A stretch of DNA of 64,000 nucleotides from Paraspadella gotoi. Taxonomy: Eukaryota; Animalia; Chaetognatha. Position numbers and translations under genes: made by a program. The notes under the pieces are model-generated. The model did not search any database, was not told the DNA's origin, and saw only the letters and a program-made list of their open reading frames with translations. The DNA is taken from positions 8,918,120 to 8,982,119 of the forward strand of contig CM119271.1 in assembly GCA_051294375.1 (NCBI GenBank), given 5' to 3'. This document shows positions 50,369 through 62,400 of this stretch, piece by piece; the stretch's first letter is position 1, and every line of letters begins with the position of its first letter.

Positions 50369-53300
50369 ATGGAGGCGGCCGGAGACTTTTTCGCCTCCAC
50401 CACCCAACAACTGGCGCGCTCCGCCGCGGCGTTGCCGGCTTCCGAAGTGAGTCAATCGAGTTGATCCTAATCAGTTTTGGTGATTGGAAAAAAAAAATTA
50501 AAGACGAAATGATTTGATTTGATTTGCAGATTTAAACTTAAAGTTAGTATTTGATAAATGTGATTTGGTATAAAAAAACAAAAGGTGTTTGACGAATTTT
50601 AGATTAAACAAAAGGCTATCCTCATATTTTCGTCAAAATTTTATTGTGAAAATATATTCTTACACAAAACCAAAAAAGCGTTTACTGTTATGCCTGAACG
50701 AATTAAGTAATACGTATAACCTCTGTGTAAATTATTAACTAACGTCAAATTATGTTGCACTTACCTCAAAGGCAATGCCGCACGTACAGCGGCTGCTCAG
50801 CTTCTGCCCCAACCTGCATCAAGGAACTGTTCTGCGGATGGATGGAAGGTCGAGAGACGCCGTCATTGCGCTGGGAATTTATTTTCTCGGTTCGTTTTTC
50901 TTTCTACTCTACAATCTACATCAAACATGTTCTTAAATTTTAAATTATTTTAGAGAGCGGCCTGCAGTACAAAGAAGAGATCCTTCCGTACTTGTTAAAT
51001 ATACTGCGCAGTTTGCTGAGGGCTCATTGGGTGGATTCTCCGCGGAAACCCTCGCGCACCTCCCCCGCCGGAAGTTCCGGGGCAGGAGGACGCGGCGCCG
51101 CCAGCGTTTTGCCACCCAGCGAATGTTTCAGCTTCGCGCTCAACACGTTACTCACCGACATTGCCGCTCGGGATCCCGCGTCGCAACATCAGGTAAGGTT
51201 GTTAGTTTGATTTATCTTGACTTTAGCATATGATTACCTTGCTTTTTCCAGATCATTGCGGCGCAGCTTAACGTCATGCAAGAGTTGGCCAAGGCATGCC
51301 AGAGCGGGACTCATTGCGAGCATCCGGCCCTGGCACTAAAGGCGCAAACTAATCTTTGCAAGACGCTCATCCCTACTTTTTTAGGGTTAACCAGGTAAAG
51401 GAGTCCAATGAAATATAATTAACTGAAATTTCGCTTTAAAACGCTTGCCCACTTTCACATACACTTCTCTATTGTTCGCCTAGGGCATTCGGACGCCAAC
51501 CGCCCGGCTATTTGGGTGGAGTGACGGACAAGCCTTCCGACAAGGACGACAGCACTGCGCCGTTGTTCATTCGTCTCTTTCCTGCGCCGGTCGTGCCGCC
51601 GCAACCGACCAAGGATTCGGAGAAGGATTTCGAGAAGCAGAGCAAAAAGGTAAGAGGGATGAGTAGGGATCGGAAAAAAGAGAGGACTGTGGCGAATCCT
51701 AATCCTATAGCTTGGTGAAACTCAGCTCGTCCCATTGGCTTGGACAGCTAAGTACTCGTTCACCAACCGTGAGTTCCGGGTTCAATCGCCTCACGGTCAC
51801 GCTGGTTAAAGTGTGATGGTGTCGGCATAAACACGCCAGTGACATGGGATGGTAACTGCAGGTCCAAAGCCCTGAGCGCCAGGTGTCGGGAGATGCTTCA
51901 CACCCCGGGCATCACACATGTCCCCCCGTTGCCATTGGACTCACTTTTTTGAGGCGAGGCTCGTCACCTTTTCTCCCTTTTTCCGTTCCAAATCCCCAGG
52001 TATTCTCCTTCCGCCCAATCATGCCCAAGTCCTTGTCCCAAAACGTCTTGACTCAAATGTCGGTGAATTCCAACGGAACTGGTGAGTCCCGGGTTCGCAG
52101 TCGTCTTCCGATGCATGCTCGCTCGCGAGAAGAGCTCTTCTTTCGTCTTTTGACTCGCGGGAAAAAACTTTTTTTGAGTTTCAATCGTAATGTCGTAGAA
52201 TATAGTCCTATACTATTTGAGGGAGACGAAAAGTTACGTATATTGGGAAATTTATTTATTTAGAAGTAAAATAAACACCCCAGCCCCGTGTGTATCGGTG
52301 AACCTATCAGCAAAAATATTCACTTATTCAAATAATCACATGTAAAAAGTTATTGCAGACGTAGTGTCAAACCCGCTCCCTTTATATATTTTAGTTAGTG
52401 GGAATAATATAGTTTATCACACGTTAACCAAAGTTTTAGTTAACTTTTTTCTCTCTTTGGTTTCATTTAACCTTTAACCTTTGGTTATTCGGAAATATTT
52501 ACTCGAAAATACATATTACTATGATCCGCTCTTGAGATTAAAGAGAGCGCTATAAAATATTCATAGTAAAAAAAACACTTTGTATTTAATATCGTAACTT
52601 TTATTTGGTGTCTATATACATATTTTTCCTATTTTTTGTCGTCGTCGTCGTTGTACCTCGTCTCTCTGGCCTCGTTACCTCCTCTGCATGTTCCGTTCGC
52701 TTTTCACCAGCCGATATTCACCATAACCGCAAAGGCTCCCATACGTCGCAGGCGACCCAGGCCAGTTATGGAGTCTTCCTTGATGTACCCTCTCTGGGTT
52801 CAGGTAAAACCGGGAACGGCGACACCCTTTTTCCCCCCTGTTGGGTTGCACTCTTGTCTGTGAGCGTGTGTTGTAAAGAAAGCGTGGGAGTATGGAAATG
52901 TTTTTAATTTGTTTGACCAACGTCCAATTGTCTATTGTTCAATTATGTCCTCTTTGGGTGAAAGTTCTTTTCATCAGTAGATAGTTGTGATCTCATTTCC
53001 CTCTTGCTGTTTCTAATACCAGTCCCGTCTTGCTTAATTATGGGGACTCCGAAATACGAAAATTTTTTATTACACTTAGCATGGGTTTTAATTTCTGACA
53101 GTCTCTAAAAAGAAATTATTCCCACCGCACTCTTGCACGTCCTAGCACAGGGATGTGTGGTTTTTTGTGGAGTTTTTTTTTAATTTTTTTTTTATTCTTT
53201 TTCGATCTACGTCCTTTTATTTTTATGCGTAATTTTGTCTAACCCTTATCTTCTCATCCCGCGCTACAGCGCAAGCCGCCGGTGGTCTGCACGGCAGCTC

Positions 53301-54337
53301 CACTTGCGGCAGCATCAGCCGAGCCAGTTCCGCGGGCGAAGGAGGCTCGCTCCCTCGAGGTGCCAGGGCGGGAGCCAGGGGCAGTCCCACAAAGGAAAAC
53401 CAGAATCCTGAGCTGGTCATCAATCCTATGGACGCCCCCGACTCTAGCGATTACTATTTCAATACGGTAAGACTGATATATTGAGTAATTGGAAAAGGGG
53501 CCAGGTAGTTGCTCAATTTCCGGCCATCCTCTCCTCAAGGTGGGATCTTCTTACGTCTCCCCAATGTCCAAGCATCACGGCGGGCTCTCTCCGCTGGCGA
53601 CCTCGATGCCAATTCACTACGGCGTCCAACTCAATCCTGCGCAACTCGGCGCTCTGCTCGACGTCGCCCGCCGTCTGCTCGTCAAGGACGTACTCGACCA
53701 TCTTGACGGCGTCGCCCATCAGTTGTACTACTCTTCGAACGAGGGTAGGGGTTTAAGGGGGGGGGGACAGTGGTTGGTGGTTGGGAATTCGGAAGGTTTT
53801 TTATCTTTTCCTCATTTTACTTCTCTAGCCTTGGGAAGCGCTACGACCATTCCGATCTGCTACCCTTACAAATCCTTCAGCGAGACCGTCTGCCTCTGCG
53901 TCATCTCCATGCTGAGGGACAACGTGGAAGCTCAGGCCGCCGAGCTGCCTGAGAAGTTTCTTCAGGTGAGTCACGGAGGTCCGGAATCGGTGGGATGGCG
54001 AGGTATCGACACCTTTTTTCATCTCATCTCTCAGGATATTCAAACTCTATTGTCCGATCCCAATTTCCCCGTGCAACTATGGAGCGCGCACGAAGGAGAT
54101 CCTCGATCGGCGATGGTCACCGGTAAAAACGATCGTTGTTTGTTCCTCTTAATTTCTCCTTTGATTCTAAAATTAATAGCGCCTTTTTTTTCCTGAAAGA
54201 CAAAATTGTCAACGCGGAGAAAACTGACGAAGAGCGAGAAACTCTGGGCGATCAGCAGAAGAAAGTAAGTCGAATCTCAGTTGTATGTAAACCTACTGTT
54301 CAGAATCAATGGTGGAATGATTCGGTTGGCGTACACA

Positions 54338-54396
<59 letters not shown>

Positions 54397-57300
54397 CGCG
54401 GCCGCGACTTGGACAGGGAATCCCTGCAAGTGGAGATATCGGCGGCGTCAACGGAACTACTGCTCCTCTCACTCCGCGACGACGGCGACGGCGAGCAGCT
54501 TTGCAGCCGTATCTCGGATCGTATTCACTGCAGCAGTGGACACAAGCAGCTTTTGGCGCAGGTTCGTTCGCCTCACGACGTTGCTTGTTGTTTCTTCAAT
54601 ATCTGACGTAAAGACATATAGACCTTTCTTTCTCCAAACTGTCTCTGTCCCTCCAGTTTAAACTGTTTCTCGTCAGTCTCGAAACTCTCGGTCGGTTGGC
54701 GGAAAAGTTTCCGGATCTCTCGGCGACTGTGATCTCCTCTTTAAAGAACTTCCTCGTCAATCCGGCGCCGATGTTGCTCAAACTGGGCAAGCACTACGCC
54801 AACCACCGGTTCGCCCGCATCGTCGTCGGCGCGGACATCGATGGCGCCGGCGCCTCCAGGGGCAAGAAGTCGGGCTCGCTCATGGAGAGTCTGCGCGACG
54901 CGGCCATCGAGAACCTCTGCCGCGCGCTGAAGGCGGGATACTTGATCGATCCCGATTGCGTTCAGGTAAATGAGATGGAGAGGGAAATTGAGCGAGTTAT
55001 TGCCCGATTTATGAAGTGGGTGATGGGCGTGCCTTTTGCTCGGGAAGATAGAAAACCTTACTGATCCTTTGTAGGCGTTCCTGGCTTCTTTGTCAAATCG
55101 GCTCTACACGGCGGAGACCTCCGATCACGCGTCGACGCTCATCTCGGAGAACACCATCCTCACCCTGGGTCACGTGGGCGTCTCGTTGAAGGACTATCCG
55201 AAGACAACGGAATCGGTCACGCAGGTTAGTGCTAAACAAGTTTTATTACGATCATTTTTATGATGACTTGGCTGTATAAAAATTAAACTAAAATTAATTA
55301 AATATAGTTAGTTTAAAAGTTAAACTATATTAATGATGTCCAGATTTTCCAACAACGCTTCTGCGTTCCCCCGTCTCCGCTCGACGTTCTCATCGTAGAC
55401 CAACTCGGGTGCATCTCCATTGCCGCCAGTCAGACGAGCATCTACAAAGAGATCATGGGCATGTTCGTTGAGATCAACATGCAGGCCGCCTCCGCCACTT
55501 ACACCAGAGGTGATTAGTGATGCCGACGATTTCCGCCTTTGGGCGATTCTTTAATGTGATGGTGGGCTTTAAAAAGTTTATTTCGAACATAACAAGGATA
55601 TAAAAAGGATTAATGACTCGGAAAGAATTTAAATCAATTTGAAATATTTGAGAGACTGACGTCTTCGATGTCAATTTGAATCTTTAATTGATAATTTTAA
55701 GAGCGAGATAAAGTTTATCTCGATGTTTTGGCGATGAGTAACTCGAAACATGAAAATACGAATGGAGATATAAGTTGCGAATTTTACCTCCTACGAAAGT
55801 CATTAACTTAAAAACCGCATTTTATTTGTCATTGATAACTTTCTTGGTCAAGATCATTGATTGTCTAAAAAGAATAATATCACCCAGGCCCCAGCACGAG
55901 CAGCAGCGGCAGCAGCATTGCCTCCTGCCAGCTGGTGGAAAAGAACGTGGCGTTCGTGGAGCCGGTGATAGTCTATCACTATCAGAAAAAGTATCCCAGA
56001 AAGTTTAGCTTCCGCAGCCGCAGCCCTTCCGGCCGCTTGCCCCGAGTCGTCCGGCAGAGTCTCGGAGGGCTTGGTCCGTAGAATATTTTATTTCGTTCTA
56101 TTTCCAAATAGATGACTTGGCGGCGTCCTTTCGATGTTACGTGTTCTCTGTTTTTTGATCGCTCGACTTTTTAACATCCTTTACAATCGTCATCGTCGTC
56201 CTCTGATTCGCAGGTGATCCTTCTGCGGGCAGTCCCATGTCAGTCTCGGCCGTGGTCATACCCGCCGCGGCCACCGCTCCTGCAGGTAATCGAGATAAAG
56301 ATAAAGATAAGCGAGCAATCGGGTAGAGATTCCAAACTCAATCATTCTGCTAATTCCTCTTTCAAGTGGCATCGGTAGCCCCGTCCCTACCGCCCCAAGA
56401 CTTCAAGCACGTCTCCCTCGCCGTCATCAACGCGTTGGCCAACGTGGCCGCCCACCTGGAGGCCGAAACGGCCATGCTCGATCTCCTCCACCGCCTGTTG
56501 GAGATGTTCGCCAAATTGGGTAAGGATTGAGAGTCGGTTGAGATTTGTAAACAAAATAAATTGATTTCTTTTCGCAATTCTAAGGGTTGGATAAGGCGTC
56601 GTCATCGTCTTCGTTTTTTAATCATTGCCCGATTTTCTCCGACTTAAAGAATTGAGTCATCGCTTTTCAGGTTTGGAGAGCAAACGAGCGTCAGAGGTGC
56701 AAATCGCCGCCAAAGCCTCGAGTTCCGCGGGAAATCTCGGCATTCTCATCCCGGTCATTCAGGTGAGATCGATGTTTGCTCTTTTCTTTTGTTTTTCGGT
56801 TTATTTTTAATTGGAATAATATTTATGACGTTAATAAATACTTTTATTATAAACCTATTCTTAGGTTAATTTTTGTCTTAGATTTACCCCGAAAAAATTG
56901 TCGGGGCTAAAGAAAGCAATCCCTGTTAACAATCAAACTAAAAGAATTGGGTCTTTTCTCCCTTCTTAGGTTTTAATCAGCCGGTTGCCGCCCATTCGGG
57001 AACCCAAGCCTCGGCTCCACAAATTCTTTCGAGATTTTTGGGCCTTTTGCGTCATCATGGGATTTTCGAACGAGGGCAGCCTTATTTGGCCGAAAGAGGT
57101 TTGGGAAGAAATTGGCGGGAAGGTGGTGGGGTGATACGGTGGGTGGAACTATTGGGTGGGATTTTTTAAGATTTTGATTCGGTTTATCTTTGCATCAGTG
57201 GTACGACGGAGTCTGCGAAATTGCCACCAAGTCTCCCATTCTTTTGTCCACGGATCCTTTGAACTCGGAACTCAGTTTTAATTTCACCATCAAGGGAGAA

Positions 57301-59402
57301 GCCGTCCAACCGTCAGGTAAATTTACCTACCCATTTTGCTACTCACCCAGAGTAAAGACTGAAAACCCACCGGTCTTTTCCCCTTTTCCATATCTTTCTC
57401 ATTTTATCATAATAATCTCACGATGAATGAGTCTTCGACATATTGGATCTCGCGGAAACATGTTGCGTCATCGAAAGGATCTTTTTCTTCGATCCTGATT
57501 TCCCGCGGATTAGGGCCGTTTGAATTCGCGAGTCTCGAGATCGAGATTTTTTTTTTCCTTCGCGAAATCGAAGTCAAATCGGGTCAAGGACGTCTCGGTC
57601 GAATAACAATAGAAATAGGAAATTGTAGTTAATGAGGGGATGAGATATTGCTGTGCATAAATCGAGTCGCTAAAACAAAGCCAAGTCCAACAGACAAAGG
57701 ATAATAAAAACTTTTTAGTTCATTCCAGCATTTTAATGATATATTTAAAAACATTGTTGTACAAACTAGGTATAATTATACCCATAAAAAATTATCTTAC
57801 TATTAATCGAATCTGACGCCACCGAGATCCTATGTAGTGACTGCTCCCTATCTTCTCAGTGAACTTCTAAAAAATTCGCTTATCAAACCCCGAACCCTTC
57901 TTTCGATGAGTCAATTTTGTTTTTAATCACTTTTTGATCCCTCAAAAACGACTTCATCTAATCCAATTAATAACGAATTAATGTAAGAAATTAATCTAAT
58001 TTCTTAAACTCGACGCAGAGGTGCAAGATCTTCGAAACCACATCTTGAACGAGTTGGATCACCCCAAGGCCATCTCCCCCTTCGTCGGCAGCCTCACCTT
58101 CGCTCAGTGCACCTGGCTCCTGGCCGTCTACCGGTTGGAGACGCTTCGGGTCAGCCACTCCCCGGACCCCACCAGGTGCGGAGCGAAACCGATAACAAAA
58201 CCCCCCTTACCCCGAGACCTTGTCTTCCCTCGTCACGAAACGATGATTTACTTTTTTTTCTTCGAAAGCGAGGCTTGTTTGAAGACATTGAAGACTTTAA
58301 AGACAGTTGAACTTCACTCGTTATGCGATTCAATTTTTTTTTTTTTTTTTGGTGTCCGAGACTAAATTGGAATTTAATAGCGACCGATAAGGATAAATTA
58401 GACAATCATGATTTAACGCCTCAATAACGACTGAGTCAAAAGTTTTATCATAGGGCCAACCAGACCTAACAAAGTTTTATTCGAAGTTTTTTTCTCTCGG
58501 CTTAAAAGAGAAAGAGAGGGCGGGATAAGAGCGAGCACCAACTATTCAGCAATGTAGGCGGGACTTCTTCTATTTGTTCTTGTTTAATTAAATTTCTCAA
58601 ATCTATTCTTTTTGTTGCAATTGTTTTCTCCCCTCAGGAAAATAATTTAAAAAGATTTATTTTCTTTGTGGCATAGTGACTGGTTTTAGTTTTGTATTTT
58701 TCTTTAGGACGCCAATGCTTGGTACTTGGTACTTAAAATATCAGTTCATTTCTCATTACGCTCCTGATTTTCGATCGCCCCATTTTCCAATCCCGCCTTA
58801 TTTTCCCCAATAACTTTCATATTTCTCGTCGAACCCCCTCCTCTCTGTGTTAAGCAAACAAAACGAATGTTTCGGTTTTTTCGTGTGGGAGGACGACTAC
58901 GACGACGACGACGATGATGATTAGGAAAAAAAAGGCCGAGGATTCGTATGTGTTCTAAAACGTGTGGGCGGCACTACCAGACCGACGGCGATCGCCCTTG
59001 ATTCAAAAAATTTAAAAATAACCTTTTTTTTTTCTCTCTTTCTCCGAAAGACCGGGCGGGCTGTAAGGGAAAATAAAAAAAAAAAAAAACCCTTGCGGTT
59101 GAAGAACAATAGTCTATTTTTAGCTAATTGTTGTTAAGCCATCTATTTTTATTTCGTTCGTCGTTAAAGAACCGCAGGAGTTTGTCTCGTTATGACTAAA
59201 GACCTATTTTTAGCTGACATTCGATAAATCGATTTTCTCTGATAGGCCCTCGGAGGATGGTCAGGAAAAAAAAAATTAAGAAAAATATGATCTAATTATC
59301 TTAGCAGAGATAAACGATTCAACAAGGCGGACCTTTTCTAATTTTGTTTTTATTTTTGGTAAATATTGGTAACGGGCGTGGGTGGATACTCTGGTCCAAC
59401 TA

Positions 59403-59442
<40 letters not shown>

Positions 59443-62400
59443 GCCTACGAATAGGATTTGAAGCAGGAAAAATCTTTTCGCGTATTGCGACACTTTTAGT
59501 CCTTTTAGCGAAAAATCATTCGCGTAAATTCTGAGAACATTCCCCCTCGAATAAAATAAAATAAAAGTGGGCGATGAGCGATTTTCTTGAGTTTTAAATG
59601 ACATTTTAAAATTGATAAAAAAGGGCAGGCTGTTGCCATAAGGTAAATGTTAAATTTTATTAACGGCTAAGAAATACTCTCCCCATTTCTTTCGCCCTCG
59701 CAGTTTTCACTGCATATTCAATTACTTGGAGGATCGGACGCTTCAGGACAAGACGGGGATGTGGCAGTGTCTCCAGGTCGTCACCAATCAGGTCTTCAAG
59801 ACTTTTCTGGAGATGATGGCACAGAGGAAACGAAACGCCGTCTGGGAAGCGGAGTTAGAAGCGCACGCTCAAGTGAGACAAAGTTGATGTTGTCTGCATT
59901 TGTTCACCCTCGATCTTTGATTTTTATGAGGGATTTATTTTACAAGTTTCTTCTCGTCAAATTCAATTCCATCACGGAACGAATCAGCAAAGTGGCCGAC
60001 CAGTTTTTAACGGAGCTCATCACGAAATTCCCCCAGGTACAGATATTGATTGAACATATCAACTCATCTGAGACAGAATTGGACCCAATTGTTTTTCATT
60101 ATAGTTGTTATGGTCTGGGGTTGTGCTGAGGACTATTCTGGACATCCTTCAGTTATTATCATTCGCTCTGCAAGAAGACCCGCGCGAAGTGACTTCTGTC
60201 CAGCAAGTTCCTGGTATGGATGGGGGCTGGGTGCGCTAGGCCTCATTCTTGGTCAGACGGCTTTTTTCTTTTCATTAAGGAACCATATTCTCCCTTCGAT
60301 TTCACGACACCATGGATGCGCGTGAAAAGGTCATAAGGAATTTCGCCGGGCGGGCGTCGCAGATCTTTCAAGTGGGTTTTTTAGGCATGACTTTGTTGCA
60401 GAGAAAAGGATGAGGGGTTTTTTCTATTCGATCGACCAATCCCACTTCGTCTTCGATCCTAGGAATCTGTGAGATGGGCGCCCGACGTCATTCGCTCACA
60501 TCTCATCCAGTACCTGATCGACGTGGAGAATTCCAAAACGGGACTGCGGCACCACACCGGTATGGGGCCGGCCTGGGTTTTAAGGAACGCATTCACCTTG
60601 ATCTTGGATGACTTCCTCCTTCCATTCTTTGACAGGTCTGGCGCTCGCCACCGAGTCCGTCCTTAACCACTGCGGGTTAAACCGGGACGCGTCTCCTCTC
60701 GGCGACATCGCCCTCTCGCGGCGCCCGAACTGCGTCAAAGTGGACTCGGCCAACATCGTCGCCGCCATCAATCTGCGGTCCCGCTACGCTGGCCAAGTCA
60801 CTGGCCTGAGGAAGGCCTTTCACCAGCTCCGTCTGGTCTCGACGGGCGAGTGCAAGGACGTGGATGCCGACGCCGCCTTCGCGCAACACCTTTGTCAGGT
60901 TTGGATAGGTTCATTATGGCTTCAGAGTTGTTATAGGTGAGAGGCCTGACCTTTACCCTCTCCCGCTTCAGCTTCTCCATTCCCAAGCCAAAGACGAGAA
61001 CCAAGAAAATTTTCGCGAGAATCTTTTCCAAATTACGGCGCTGCTCATTCAACTTCCAAACTGTCGCTCTTCTCTGCTGCACAACCTCGCATGGGCGCCG
61101 CTCCTTCTTTTCACAGGTAAGGTCGCTCCCGCAAATGGATTTCCCCCCCCCTGGTAATGATTACAAATAGATAAGTAAACAAAAATACGAAGGCCTTAAT
61201 TGTTGTATCGATCTCTCAGAACAAACCTTAGAAACGGCAGTGGCGTGCTGGGAGTGGTTTTTGGCCGCGCGGCCCGACATGGAGATTCAATTCATGCGCG
61301 AAAACTCGGCAGCTTTCCTCATGACCAAGCATAAGAAAGTCGGCCTTTTCTCACCCTCGGAGGATATGATTGGTAATATTTGGTATGGGTTTTGTTTTTC
61401 AAGTCGTTCAAATCGTCAAATTGGCGCAACCGCTCTCAGATCCCTTGATGTTCCCGACGGGCGCGATCCCTGGTCCCCTGGAACTCGCCGTCAAACCGCA
61501 CAATCTCTGGATGCGATTCCTCTTGGAACGCGTCGAAGTGGCCAAGTATTGTTCGCCGGACCAAGTGGAAATCCTCGTCAACCTCTTGTGCGAGTGTCTT
61601 TCGCTTGGGATCGGCGAGAAGGAACGGACCTGTTCAAGGTGCAAATCAGATGGTTCGACGAAACTATTCATCGAGCAAAAAGTTCTATCGATTTTTCGTA
61701 AACTTTCTCCCAGGCACGTCGACGCTTTAGGACCGCGATTTCGGCTCCTTCTCATGGGACTCAGTATTTTACAGGTTGGTCCTTCGAGGGTCCCTAGATA
61801 TATTTAACAGTATGTCTAACTTCTGAATAACGAATCACAATCAAATCAAATTATATAGGAAATAACTTAAACTTCTACAATATGCAAATGAGATCGACGC
61901 TGTTAATAATCCCTCAATCTCTTTCTCCAGTGCGACAGCTTTCAATTGTCCATGACAAAGGGGATTCTGCGCGAGCGAGTCTACGCCACGTGCTTCGACT
62001 TTTTCTGCGTCCCCGGCCAGCACCACGCGAGCAAAGCCACGGGCGACCTCAGAGACGACATTCAGCTCCTCATACGCTTTTGGCACTGCATGCATTCCGA
62101 GAAGAAATATTTGAAGAACGCGGGTGAGAGTCCCTGTGGAATGAGGGAAGGGGGGGGTATCACGATCCGAACTCTCACTACGGTTCCGGTTTCCCTCTTC
62201 AGCCCAACGAGATTCTCCCGATTACACGGCCTACAGCTTGAATGTCCTCAAGTCTCCCTCCGAAACGGGCGGCAACGCCGGGGATTTGGAGACCAGGTCG
62301 ATGGTAAGTCATTATTTGACTTTTTCGACGCGATCGAAATACCGCCAGGCACAGTCCGCACAGTCCGCACACTTCTCTCTCCTCTCTATCAGATGAGCGA

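Noticed and set aside
51825-51896. Type-P1 twister reading using the downstream GTGT...ATGC
   Set aside because: Lacks the conserved GA and cannot form T1 with the CCA loop; the P5 permutation fits fully.
58360-59340. Possible MITE in a large PI4KA intron
   Set aside because: Only vague degenerate inverted similarity; no definable termini or target duplication.
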